Source: Octopus sinensis
Lineage: Eukaryota
Direction: 5' to 3'
DNA length: 64,000 nt
Assembly: GCF_006345805.1 (NCBI RefSeq)
Contig: NC_043006.1
Span: 5,084,001 to 5,148,000 of the forward strand
Numbering within the stretch: the stretch's first letter is position 1; each line of letters begins with the position of its first letter. The position numbers were made by a program, and so were the translations under genes. This document shows, in pieces, positions 23,378 to 36,645 of the stretch. The notes beneath the pieces are model-generated. The model was not told the DNA's origin. It ran no database searches and saw only the letters and a list, made by a program, of their open reading frames with translations.

Positions 23378-25939
23378 TTGGGTCATCCCATAAATAATGC
23401 GGTTTTTTCAATTGCATAAACAAAAAGTCGGAGGGGGGCGGGATAAACTACCTGCATCAATTTGCTATAAAAGCAGGTAGTAATTTTATCTTGTGCTTAT
23501 TCTTAGTACAAGTTTTGAAGAGAGCAATTCTATTTTAAAAGCTATAATGGAAGTGACAAAGGAGCATATTTGGCATATTTTCGTTTATGAGTTTCATAAA
23601 AGCAACAACGCAACGGAAAGAGCGATAAATATTAATGCAGCATATGAGGATCGGATAATAAGCATAAGCCAGAATCAACGGTGATTCCAGAAATTCGGAG
23701 CCGGAAACTAGAGCCTAGAAGATAAGCCTCATCCTGGAGGATCTGTAGAGCTCGACGAGGACGTCCTGTAAACCCTGATGGAACAAAATCCTATCGTAAC
23801 TGTTGAAGAACTGGCAGAGAAGCTTGGATTTGGTCATTCAACCATTCATCGACACCTGCGTGCCATCGGAAAGGTCAGCAAATTGGGTAAATGGGTTCCT
23901 CACAAACTTTCCAAGTTTAATCATGCGCAGAGAATGAATGTGTGCTTCCTTTGCTGTCATATCTCACGAATGAACCTTTTTTTTAACGAATTGTGACTGG
24001 TGACGAGAAATGAGTTCTCTATAAAAATGTCAAGCGCCGAAGACAGTGGGTAGGAAAAGGAGAAACGCCCCAGGCTAAAGAAGGTCTTCACCCACGTAAG
24101 GTGTTGTTATCTGTTTGAACTTTTAAACCCAAACTTTGAACTTTTAAACCCAAACCAAACGATAGCAAGGAGATCTACTGCGAACAGCTTGAGCGGTTTA
24201 AGTCAGCGCTAGAAGAAAAACGAAAGGCGGCGACCTGGCAGAATCGTTAGCACGCCGGGCGAAATGCGTAGCCGTATTTCGTCTGCCGTTACGTTCTGAG
24301 TTCCGCCGAGGTCGACTTTGCCTTTCATCTTTTCAGGGTCGATTAAATAAGTACCAGTTACGCACTGGGGTCGACATAATCGACTTAATCCATTTGTCTG
24401 TCCTCATTTGTCCTCTCTGTGTTTAGCCCCCTGTGGGTAATAAAGAAATAGGTATTTCGTCTGCCGCTACGTTCTGAGTTCAAATTCCGCCGAGGTCGAC
24501 TTTGCCTTTCATCTTTTCGGGGTCGATTAAATAAGTACCAGTTACGCACTGGGGTCGACATAATCGACTTAATCCATTTGTCTGTCCTCATTTGTCCTCT
24601 CTGTGTTTAGCCCCCTGTGGGTAATAAAGAAATAGGTATTTCGTCTGCCGCTACGTTCTGAGTTCAAATTCCGCCGAGGTCGACTTTGCCTTTCATCTTT
24701 TCGGGGTCGATTAAATAAGTACCAGTTACGCACTGGGGTCGACATAATCGACTTAATCCATTTGTCTGTCCTCATTTGTCCTCTCTGTGTTTAGCCCCCT
24801 GTGGGTAATAAAGAAATAGGTATTTCGTCTGCCGCTACGTTCTGAGTTCAAATTCCGCCGAGGTCGACTTTGCCTTTCATGCTTTCGGGGTCGATTAAAT
24901 AAGTACCAGTTACGCACTGGGGTCGATATAATCGAATTAATCCGTTTGTCTGTCCTCGTTTGTCCCCTCTGTGTTTAGCCCTTTGTGGGTAGCAAAGAAA
25001 TAGGTACTTCTTCTACCGTTACGATCTGAGTTCAAATTCCGCCGAGGTCGACTTTGCCTTTCATCTTTTCGGGGTCGATTAAATAAGTACCAGTTACGTA
25101 CTGGGGTCGATATAATCGACTTAATCCATATGTCTGTTCTCGTTTGTCCTCTGTGTTTAACCCTTTGTGGGTAGTAAAGAAATAGGTATTTCGTATGCTG
25201 CTACGTTCTGAGTTCAAATTCCGCCGAGGTTGACTTTGCCTTTCATCTTTTCGGGGTCGATTAAATAAGTACCAGTTACGCACTGGGGTCGATATAATCG
25301 ACTTAATCCATTTGTCTGTCCTCGTTTGTCCTCTCTGTGTTTAGCTCTTGTGGATAATAAAGAAATAGGTATTTCGTCTGCCGCTACGTTCTGAGTTCAA
25401 ATTCCACCGAGGTCGACTTTGCCTTTCATCCTTTCGGGATCGATTAAATAAGTACCAGATACGCACTTGGGTCGATGTAATCGACTTAACCCGTTTGTCT
25501 GTCCTTGTTTGTCCTCTCTGTGTGTAAACCCTTGTGGGCAGTAAAGAAATAAGAAGAAAAACGAAAGGTGTTCTATCAGGATAATGGTCGGTCACATACA
25601 GCTAGGATGACATTCTAAAGGCTGCAGCAGTTTGAATGAGAAACGATGTCCCACCCACCATATTCGCCGGATATTGCCCCATCTGATTAACATTTATTCT
25701 GCAGTCTTCAAAATCATTTGGACGGAAAAAAAATAATAAGTTTTTTCAGGACAGTAATGGAGGAGTATCTGTTGTCATTGACAAGTGAATTTTGGAAGAG
25801 GGGCCTTGCAAGTCTACCAGATAGATGGAAGAGCATTGTAGAAAATGGAGGAGAGTGTATTTTACATTATAAAAGAACTTTTATCTTAATTTTGAAAAAT
25901 AAAAGTATAAAAAAACGCATTATTTATGGGATGACCCAA
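23378..25939 (+). mobile_element. Mariner DNA transposon with decayed transposase, interrupted by a SINE array
   Basis: TIRs TTGGGTCATCCCATAAATAATGCG / CGCATTATTTATGGGATGACCCAA, TA TSDs; WVPHKL, IVTGDEK, PPYSPDIAPSD motifs; stops and frameshifts. Confidence 0.93.
24225..25552 (+). repeat. SINE family 'A' with one head and seven tandem ~184-bp body units
   Basis: Unit starts near 24274, 24452, 24636, 24820, 25004, 25186, 25368; single TSD AGAAGAAAAACGAAAGG at ~24211 and ~25552. Confidence 0.92.
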
Positions 25940-26139
25940 TACATATATATGATATATAATACATATATATATACGTTTGTATATATACGCACAATATACA
26001 CCACACACACTTAGATATATTAGATTATTACACATGGTATGCCTTTCTCTCTCTCTGTTAATCGCTCTCTCCTCTCTCTATCTCTTTCTCTCGTTCTCTT
26101 TCTGTGTGTGTGTGTGTATGTGTGTGTGTGTGTGTGTGT

Positions 26140-26183
<44 letters not shown>

Positions 26184-27949
26184 CGTGTGCTGCGTGAGAG
26201 AGATCAGGTAAGTAGGCTTTAACTGTGACAGAGATATAAACAGTGATAGGGAAAATTTCGAGCTCGAGCCAGTGAGGATGCCATTATGTGGTCTCTCAAC
26301 TTGCTAGAAATAGCTGCAAAGTTTCCATACTGTCTTAGTAAAAGTCTACATTTTTGGATAATGTAGTCCCAGACATAGATTGGATGGACATGGTTGAAGT
26401 GTCTTAGGCACTAGGTCTGGTCAATTTTATTCAATGTGAAGACCAGCATCATCAATAACAACGTAAGTTATAGAGTTTTCAATAAACAATCGCATAGACA
26501 GACACAAGGGCAGACACACAAAGACGAACATAAACACAGAAACATTTGATTCCAATGCCGAATCCTTTAATTCCTCGGACCAATGGTCTGTTCTAAAACA
26601 GACATTTGTTTATCTCTAATAGTATGGCGTTTATAAGTTTCGAAATTCCAAGTACTCATTGTTTACAGCCAAACTCCACAGAGAATAATCTATACGTTTT
26701 GGTCTTTACAAAGACTGGGAGACGCCGTACCGAATGACTCCCTATTAAATTAGTGGAATATGAAGCACTTTATTGCCATGAATGACTGGTTTACCCATCA
26801 TTGCACCCAGGGTACCTCTTCACTATGTCGACTCGTGTTCACACCTTTCGTGTCATTTTTTAGTGTTTTATGTGTGTGGATGTTTGTATGTGTGTGCATG
26901 TGTGTGTGTGTATGTGTGTGTGTGTTTGTATGTGTGTGAAAAAGAAACAGTGACATGAGGTTTCAACTGTGTCACTAAGTACTTCTTGAGTCGTAAACCT
27001 ACCTGTTACTCTGTAAGATGTGTCTAGCCTGCTTTAATAGAATTACTATTTGAATCCGCCATGAACTACACAGTCGTGCATGAATCCTGCAAGAAAATGA
27101 ACGACAAAAGTACATCAAACAGTGGACTGTGCATAATCGCAGTTTCTACACAAGCCACACACACTGTGCACCTATACAAAGAAGTAAAAATGCTTAAGCT
27201 GAAAGACTACCTAGATATGCAATGAGCATAGCAAGCTTAAAACCCTACAGTTTCTGTCACTACATAAAAGGCATACCTGCAAACATCTAGTTGCGTGTAG
27301 TGCACTCTATAATAAATATCTTACCAAAATAGCACCCTAAAACAAATGCCACCCCATACAAACATGAAAGAAAATACAGAAACTGGAGCAGTATCAATAA
27401 CCTCATTGATCTCAAACACTGAACTGGGATAGATTAAGAAGTACAGAGGAAGAGAAACTTTCTTGTGAGACCACCACACAAGGATCTACGGGAATTCAGA
27501 AATAGACTGAACAAGTAAGAGACTGTAAAATATCAAGACTTCCATACTGCACCTCATACTTTTCATCACAGAGCGGTGTGACATGGCCCTGAGCTAGGCA
27601 GAGATATGGTACAAGTGGGAAAAGTGAAATGTGGATGAAATTCTGTAGTATCACCGTCAATCTCAATGCTTTAGGATTTCTGGATCAGAGCTGATACTCT
27701 GTACTGTATGAACCTAGACTGTTGGTAAGGCATCGATGATCCTACCTCGAAGGAAAGAATAATACAGTACATGACTCATCTAACTAGTACCTAATTATTT
27801 TTCTGGCAGTAAATTGCTTTCAAAAATATTATCCAAGAATATCATTTATGTTTACACAAAAACCAATATACAAAACAAAAAAAAACAGCCTAACTGCTGG
27901 TATGTATCTATGTAAAGCATTATTTTGTGTGCATCTATTTTCACACCAG

Positions 27950-28750
27950 TGGGTGGACAAGCTTATGCAGAGCTCTTCTACATAAGCATGGTCACCTAAT
28001 TTCAACCCTTCTATAATGAATTCTCTCGTTTACCTGTGAACCTCCGTCTGTCTTAGAAAATAGGATTAGATACACACAAAATGAGAACAGAAAGATATCT
28101 CTTATTGATCGAATTCAATATACAAATTGGTAAGGTGACAACATTGGTTGCTCAGCATCGGAGCTGGATGTAATAGAATATTTTTACGAATTACCACAAC
28201 AGTATATAAAGTCTACCAGTTCTGCGTACCCTCCACTTTAGTGTATGACTGAATTATGGACACCATACTCACACAAGGACTACCGACAGAAGGCTTTATA
28301 TTTGTACAACTTGAGATGCATTCTCGGTATCAAATAGCAGGACTGAGCTTAAAGAACGGAAATCCTTACTCTACTTGCTGATCTTACACAAAATGACATT
28401 GTACTGCTTGTTCAGTTCGCTCGAATGGAAGGCAGCCGAATTAAAGATGTCCGATATCAACTTAGCAAGCTGGGAAACCTTGACAGTAGACGCAGCAAAT
28501 ATAGATATATAATAGATATGTTAAGGAGCGATAAGAAGATACTTGAACAGTAGGAGGAAAATAATCGCTGACGTCAAAAACTGACACAGAAACCACCACA
28601 GCCATTTACAACTTTAACCACCAGAAGCTGTCACAAGGCATGTCACTGTAGGATTAACCTATACTTTCACATCGAGTGTTGCCGCTCAAAATCCTGTCAG
28701 AGTTGGGGCTCAGATCTCCATCACCTCTCGAGACAGATGTCAACAAAACT
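27950..28750 (+). pseudogene. Decayed RTE-like LINE 3' end
   Basis: KVYQFCVPSTLVY (VY.A.VLSTLLYG), C-terminal C..C.C..RI.L..H motif, 3' tail ccatcacctctcgagacagatg. Confidence 0.65.
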
Positions 28751-28883
28751 CAGAGTAATTAAATAATGAAGCGAAAAATAAATAAAATAGATTTTTAAAC
28801 GGATTAAAGTTTTATCCCATCAAATATTTACGGAATTATGTTTTCTAAAGTTAGCTTATTTTTTCTACACTTTATTTTATGTA

Positions 28884-29260
28884 CGGATGGAATGGAAGCA
28901 CTCCGTCGGTTACGACGATGAGTGTTCCGGTTGATCCGAATCAACGGAACAGCCTGCTCGTGAAATTAACGTGTAAGTGGCTGAGCACTCCACAGACACG
29001 TGCACCCTTAACGTAGTTCTCGGGGATATTCAGCGTGACACAGAGAGTGACAAGGCCGGCCCCTTGAAATACAGGTACAACAGAAACAGGAAGTAAGAGT
29101 GAGAGAAAGTTGTGGTGAAAGAGTACAGCAGGGATCACCACCATCCTCTGCCGGAGCCTCGTGGAGCTCAATAAACACTCACAACGCCCGGTCTGGGAAT
29201 CGAAACCGCGATCCTATGACCGCGAGTCCGCTGCCCTAACCTCTGGGCCATTGCGCCTCC
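28884..29260 (-). mobile_element. OR1-like SINE
   Basis: Reverse complement of 13741-14126; TSD ATTTTATGTA at 28874 and 29261. Confidence 0.9.
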
Positions 29261-29468
29261 ATTTTATGTATAAACTTCAACAGAATCGTTACTAAAGCAT
29301 CCTTACTTTAATACCAACGAATATATAAAATGCGACTTGCTATTCAACAGATATATAAGGAATATAGGCCAAAGTCTGGATGCCAAGGAGATAGCCAAAT
29401 TTTTACATTCAGTAAAATATTTTCGCCGTTTCGAGCATGATGTTTGGTATTCGTATGGAGAGTTAAGA

Positions 29469-29755
29469 GTGGAGGCGCAATGGCCCAGTGGTTAAGGCAG
29501 CGGACTCGCGGTCGGAGGATCGCGGTTTCGATTCCCAGACCGAGCGTTATGTGTATTTATTGAGCGAAAACACCTAAAAGCTCCACGAGGCTCCGGCGGG
29601 GGTGGTGGTGACCCCTGTTGTACTCTCACTCTCTTTTTCTTGAGTAACGCTGCGATGGACCAGCGTCCCGTCCTGCTGGAGGGGAACACATACGCCACAG
29701 AAACCAGTAAACCGGGCCCATGAACCTGAAAAGGGCGACGTTTTCCGTTTTTTAA
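29469..29755 (+). mobile_element. OR2-like SINE (OR1-type head, different body)
   Basis: Same tRNA head; body gcgatggaccagcgtcccgtcc; TSD GGAGAGTTAAGAG at 29457 and 29756. Confidence 0.85.
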
Positions 29756-29789
29756 GGAGAGTTAAGAGGTTTACATACATGCCTTAATT

Positions 29790-30000
29790 TTTTACTTGTT
29801 TGCAGTCATGGAATTGGTTTGCAGTCATGCTGGGACACAGTCTTGAAGAACTTTTAGTCGAATGAATTGACACCACTACTTACATTTTTGCCCTGGTATT
29901 TGTTCTGTCGGTCTCTTTTGCCGTACCACTAAGTTACGGAGATGTAAACAAACACAACGATCAAGTGGAGGGCAAATGCAAAGACAAGCACACACACACA
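29790..30000 (-). mobile_element. Old OK-like SINE 3' half
   Basis: Diverged match to 7277-7490. Confidence 0.6.
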
Positions 30001-30574
30001 CACAGATACACACACACATGTACATATACTCAGACATTTACATGCATATATCCATACGTATTAAGTACATACATCTATGTATGTATTTAATTACTAAAGC
30101 ACCAGTTTCTAGGACTGTCCACATGAGTTTCTCTCCTTACTTACTCGGGTCTATGACCAACACGTTCCTTTTTCAGAAACGAAAAATTAGTTTCATCACT
30201 GCATAGCAAAATCGTTTTACTAAACTTTGACAATTTTTGATGCCGTTGCATCTGAAGCAGCTGGAAATACGATAGTTTTACCAAAAGAACCGGCTATTGC
30301 ACGAAAAAATAAATATTGAAAAGAACGTATGTGGCCAAATTTGGACATACAACAATTCAACAGAATAGCAACGCTATGGTGTTTCAATTTAGATAGGATT
30401 AACAGAATATTTAAAGTTGTCGATGTGGAATTAGCATCATCTTGGCAGATATTCAAAAGCAAAGCATTTACGAATTTATAAAATCAGAATAATGTTATGG
30501 GTAATCTGGAATAATGAAATAATTTTATTTAGATAAGATCAAAATTGGTATGCATTCTATATATGTATATATAT

Positions 30575-30619
<45 letters not shown>

Positions 30620-31248
30620 GCATACATATATCCATACATACGTATATATATATATATATTGTAATTTCTCAAAATCATTTTTTACAGATTTTCTTAAAGC
30701 CTGGCGCCACAGTTGTAGAATTTCCGAAGCATGAACGATAATTTAGCTTTAACTTTGTAAACTAACACCAATGTTTACGCTTTACTACCTTTAATGAGAG
30801 CACGTTATAGTTATATGTAATAAGTGTTTTTTAGGAACCAAAAAAATAATGAATTCTCGTAACTCGTGAAACATCACAAGGAGTATTGATAACTAAAGAC
30901 ATTTTTTGCTGGAGGAGACATAATTGGTATTTTTATGGCAATCAAGTTAGAATTTAAGATATTAAGAGATTGAATGTAAAACGGCATAAGACATTTAAAT
31001 ACAAATTACATTAACATAAACGGTTACCCAACCAATTAATAGTCACTTTTTTCTTTCATTAGTGTGTTTGCAGTGAAGGAAAAGAAATATCACATACCTT
31101 TTATAGTTATATGTATTAACAAATTGGGCGGGATAATGGTCTGAGATAAATATTTTGTGAAATAGTCTGAGAGATATTTAAATTGATAAACAGAAATCAG
31201 AAACCCCAGGGGATTGAATGAACCAGAGACCGAGATAGAAATAGAAAT

Positions 31249-31249
<1 letters not shown>

Positions 31250-31339
<90 letters not shown>

Positions 31340-31360
31340 AAGATAGATAGATAGATAGAT

Positions 31361-31404
<44 letters not shown>

Positions 31405-31405
31405 G
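31250..31405. repeat. (TAGA)n/(CAGA)n microsatellite
   Basis: Direct inspection. Confidence 0.95.
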
Positions 31406-31944
31406 GAGGGACGGAGGGACGGAGGTAAAAAGCGTGAGAGAGAATATTTGTGCATGTTGGTTTAAGGTAGATTTTAACCCATCGGCACCAGTTTTAACCA
31501 CAAATTTAGTTGTCGTAGTCAAATCTTAATTCCATGGGGCTGTTAATTTATATTTAACAACAGATATTTTCAACATAATGTACAATACACGAATGTACAA
31601 TGTACAATACACGAATCGGCATCGTATGCAGATTTCTTAAGTATTCGTTTTAAGAAATTTTAACATTCGATCAAATAAAATGAGCCATTTATATGAAGTG
31701 GGACGTACAATTTCTTGTAATTCAGACCATCTTATGGTCCCAGCAGACAAAATAGAAAAGGTGTTGCCTCAGAGGATGGCCAGAGAGATGCACTGGAATA
31801 GGCAATCTAACTCAAGGAGCTCGAACTTGCGGATTAGGTTCTTATTGAAAATGATCTTAATACAGACCAACTGAGGCGTACAGACTTAATCCTTCGCTCA
31901 TTTTAACACCAACTTTTCCTTCTCTATCTTCACTTGTTATTTTC

Positions 31945-32318
31945 TCTTACTCTTTTACTTGTTTCAATCGTTTGACTGTGGTCATACTGGAGCACCGCAT
32001 TTAGTCGAGCAAATTGGCCCCAAGACTTATTCTTTGTAAGCCTAGTACTTATTCTATAGGTCTCTTTTGCCGAACCGCTAAGTTACGGGGACGTAAAACA
32101 CACCACAATCGGTTGTCAAGCGATGGTGGGGGACAAACACACACATACATATATACGACAGGCTTCTTTCAGTTTCTGTCTACCAAATCCACTCACAAGG
32201 CTTTGGTTGGCTCGAGGCTATAGTAGAAGACATCGGCCCAAGGTACCACGCAGTGGGACTGAACCCGGAACCATGTGGTTTGTTAAGCAAGTTACTTATC
32301 TCACAGCCACTCCTACGC
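31945..32318 (-). mobile_element. OK-like SINE
   Basis: Reverse complement of the family consensus. Confidence 0.85.
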
Positions 32319-32348
32319 TATTAATTATGTTTACCTCTGTCATAGAAA

Positions 32349-32746
32349 TCTTTATATATAAAAGTCAAGTTGTGTGTCTGTCTCCTACGATTTAGATTCC
32401 TAACTACTCCAACATTTTGCGGTGCAGTTTAACCAAAACCGGGTATCTTATAGTCGTGATTCATATCGAGCCCTTCTGGGTATTAGCGCGCGTCTACGAT
32501 GAGTCTACGAATTTAAAAAAAATTTACCATAATTTTTTTTCTATTTTAATGCATTTTTTCGCTATTATATAAGGGAAGTAACTCTCTAAAAATGTCTACG
32601 ATGAGTCAACGATTTAAAAAAAATTTACCATCATTTTTTTTCCATTTTTAATGCATTTTTTTGCTATTTTTTGGCTATAACTCTCTAAAAATGCTTATTT
32701 AGTTATTTCCCTTACAAACCCGAGCAACGCCGGGCGATACTACTAG
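32349..32746 (+). mobile_element. Non-autonomous Helitron, copy 3
   Basis: A|TCTTTATATATAAAAG…CCCGAGCAACGCCGGGcgatactaCTAG|T. Confidence 0.9.
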
Positions 32747-33098
32747 TGTAGAATAAATGCCGTTAACTGTTGACAGGATATGGGTAATGGATCTTGCTCC
32801 AGCCGTTTCGCTGTTTCTGTCTTGTTTCGTCCAAACTCACTCTGCAAATTCTACGCGTGCAGATGAAACTGTTTCTCAATTTCCTTCTCAAACCCTAAAG
32901 TTTGTGTGCACATGTTAGTATATGTCTTTCTGTCTTTCTGTCTGTCTGTCTGTTTCTCTATCATCATCTATGTATTTTTTTAAAAAGTTTTATTTAAGTT
33001 CTTGAGAAAGCAAGCAACTAGTCTTTTTGAGTTCCCGGTGTTTGTAAATGTGTGGTTGAGTTGGTGCATTGGCCGAACTGTCAATGCATAGACCCAAG

Positions 33099-33382
33099 TG
33101 TGGAGGCACTTGACCTAGTGGTTAGAGCAGCGGACTCGCGGTCGAGGGATCGCGGGTTCGAATCTCAGACTGGGCGATGTGTGTGTTTATGAGCGAAACA
33201 CATAAGCTTCACGCGGCTCCGGTAGAAGGTAATGGCGAACTTCTGCTGACTCTTTCGCCACAACTTTCTCTCACTCTTTCCTCCTGCATCTTGCAGCTCA
33301 CTTGCGACGGACTGGCGTCTCATCCAGGTGGGGAACCGGCCCATTATGAGCCAGGCATAGCACGAGAAGGAACAACAACAAG
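33099..33382 (+). mobile_element. OR-type SINE variant
   Basis: tRNA head GTGGAGGCAC…GGTTCGAATC; OR1-like middle, OR2-like 3' part, (ACA)n tail. Confidence 0.75.
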
Positions 33383-33741
33383 AAGTGTGTATGTCTGTTC
33401 ACATAGGAATCTGAGATGGAGAATTTAGGGTATGTCTAACAAATTTTCCCTGTGCCACTATATATGTATGCATGTAATTATATATGTATGTTCGTTTGTA
33501 TGTATGTATGTACGTATATGTATGCATGTATGTATGTATGTATGTATGTACGTATGTATGTATGTATGTATGTACGTATGTATGTATGTACATGTGTGTG
33601 TGTGCATGCGTGGTGTTTATGCATATTTACATGTAATTGTGGCTGGCTGAAATTTTCATTTAATAATCGTAGTTAGATATACGATTACATAAGTTCTCAA
33701 TATTCTCTCTATGTCTATCAATCTCTCTGTCTAGTTCCATT

Positions 33742-33742
<1 letters not shown>

Positions 33743-33819
<77 letters not shown>

Positions 33820-33880
33820 GTCTATCTATCTATCTATCTATCTATCCATCATCTATCTATCTATCTATCTATCTATCTAC

Positions 33881-33930
<50 letters not shown>

Positions 33931-33945
33931 GTCTGTCTGTCTAAC
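33743..33945. repeat. (TATC)n microsatellite
   Basis: Direct inspection. Confidence 0.95.
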
Positions 33946-34789
33946 AATATATCTATCTCTTTCTCTCTCTCTCTCGCTCTCGCTCTCTACTTCCAATAAA
34001 ATTGTTCGATACTGATCTTCTTCCGATGAAAACATCCCCCCCCCCCACCGCCGCTCTCATTTGCATCCCTAACGAATTTCCATTCCGAAAAATCCCACGA
34101 CTGTAATATACTATTTTTAATTCGTTTAATTTGATTATTCTTATTAAAATTATATTTCTTTTTATACCACATATTTCCCGGCATTGACGCAGTTTTAAGT
34201 TGTCAAAATAATAATTGCTATAAATAATCATGTTTCTGCGCGCGAGTGTTGTTTGCCTCTATATTAATATATATATATATATATAGTGGTAAAAATGGTA
34301 AGACAACAAAAGAAAGAAAGAGACCTCGATATTATGTAAATAGAGGAATTCATCTGTAAATGTAGAATAATTGTCACATATTACATTTACAGATATATAT
34401 ATATATACATACATATACATACATACATATTTGTGTGTGTGTGTGCTTCGTGTGTGTATGCGCGTGCGTCTGTGTGTGTTCGTGAGTGTGCATGTAATTA
34501 TATGGAAGACCTCCCTTCTTGACAATATGAACAAGGGTTTCTTAAAAGCAGTCGTTGATTATGCACTTCTCTTTCGCATCAGAAAGAAACAAGGAGAGAA
34601 AATAAAGAGAATGTTTAGGGATCATCGAACAGGATCATCGTTGGGATATGACTCTGGAGGAAGCAATTGCAACAAATTTGCGAAACAAGTCAGAGATCTG
34701 TTTGCAGATCTTTCCATTCAGGGTCAGTTGCTTCAGAGCTATATACTAGCATAAAAGCCGTCCTATCAGGCGGCTTTTAAGCTAGTGTA

Positions 34790-35900
34790 AACATAAATTC
34801 TGGTGCACCTTTAGATCCTTCCATAGGCCCAAAATCAACACACATAACAATATACGTACGTTTTTTTTCTTTTATAGTTTTAGTGGTTTTTTTTTCTTTT
34901 CTTATCTATCAACATTGTAGGGGCTAGCTATCTACAATAATCTTTTTTAATATTTAAAAAAATTTAATTTTTTATCTATAACCTTTTTAATATGTAATTC
35001 TTTCATTTTCACCCTTTATCCATTTAATTGTACATTTAAATATGAGGTGCAAAGCAAATACACGTCCCTAGACAACCACATACACCATCTGATAAATAAG
35101 AAAATACCATATATGATATCCTGGGCCATAATAGAGTCTGGTGTCCCATACCAAGGCCAACGCCCAACGTGTGAACTCTGCCTGAAAAAAGCCCTCCAAA
35201 TTCATTATCCACCACAGTTACTAAATAAACAATACGAAGCGTTCTCTACATGTAAACATAAATTCTAGTGCACCTATATGCATTACGGTCGTTACAATAT
35301 ACGTTCGTTCTTTTTCTTTTCTTCTCTGTCAACGTAAGTATCGTAGAAGCTAGCTAGTTGCAATAATTTTTTTTTAATTTTAATTTTTCATCAATAGCCT
35401 TTTTTTAATTTTAATTTTAATTTTTAATTTTCAATTCTTTAATTTTATCGTTTATCTATTTAATTGTATTTTTGATCCTATATATACTCCCTTTAGCTAG
35501 GTAGCTACTTTTAGCTATCCCCACTGACCACTGAACTAAATTTTCTTACTGACCACACTGAACCAAGAATCCATCTATTTAATTACCAAAACCTTAACGC
35601 CTGACCTCTCACCCCGAACCGACTATTACGAAGAATAATATTTGCATATTATCTTTATCTGTATTTTTTTTAGTTTTTGATTTTATTTTACTTTCGCTCT
35701 CATTCATTCTTTCCCATACCTATCCCATTTCTTTCTTTTCCCTCTTTCTCCTCTCTCTCTTTTATTCACTCACTCACAACTCATATCTGTCTATCATGAT
35801 TTGCGAAAGCGAAACCGGTCGACAAACACTATATAAGATATATCAAAAATTATATTAAAACTATGCAAAGTGTGTGCATTCTCCTTCTTTAATTTCTTAC
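34790..35900 (+). mobile_element. Penelope-like 3' fragment: GIY-YIG C-terminus plus pseudo-LTR with a degenerate HHR
   Basis: ORF 35047-35268 ISWAIIE…CELCLKK…LLNKQYEAFSTCKH (PLE consensus C.LCL.EK…LLNKR.E…CRH); ~34790-35040 duplicates ~35250-35470; HHR-like 35788-35824 tgtc…GC-GAAA-GC-GAAAC-cg-GTC-gaca. Confidence 0.75.
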
Positions 35901-35952
35901 ACACACACATACATATATATATATATATTGATATATATATATATATATATAT

Positions 35953-36123
35953 TAAATAAATGAAAAATACGCATTAAGTACAGGACATCACCAACGAGTG
36001 AAAAATACGTAAACACAAAACGAGAGATAAGTACAGGACTAAATACCAAAAGAAGTCTAACCCCTCCTCAGTTGTCGACTGTGATATTACTCCCTGTTTC
36101 GTGTTTATCACTTGATATATCTG

Positions 36124-36206
<83 letters not shown>

Positions 36207-36233
36207 GTCTGTCTATCTGTCTGTCTGTGTGTC

Positions 36234-36300
<67 letters not shown>

Positions 36301-36471
36301 TAAATAAATGAAAAATACGCATTAAGTACAGGACATCACCAACGAGTGAAAAATACGTAAACACAAAACGAGAGATAAGTACAGGACTAAATACCAAAAG
36401 AAGTCTAACCCCTCCTCAGTTGTCGACTGTGATATTACTCCCTGTTTCGTGTTTATCACTTGATATATCTG

Positions 36472-36554
<83 letters not shown>

Positions 36555-36569
36555 GTCTGTCTGTGTGTC

Positions 36570-36645
<76 letters not shown>
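35953..36645. repeat. Tandem duplication with 348-bp period including (TATC)n and (TA)n
   Basis: TAAATAAATGAAAAATACGC at 35953 and 36301; unique parts appear identical. Confidence 0.9.

Noticed and set aside
24225-25552. Regular array resembling CRISPR
   Set aside because: Whole 184-bp units repeat with no unique spacers; it is a SINE body, there are no cas genes and the context is eukaryotic
30220-30462. 'GSFGKTIVFPAASDATA' resembling a PIF1/Helitron helicase segment
   Set aside because: Similarity too weak; no other helicase motifs
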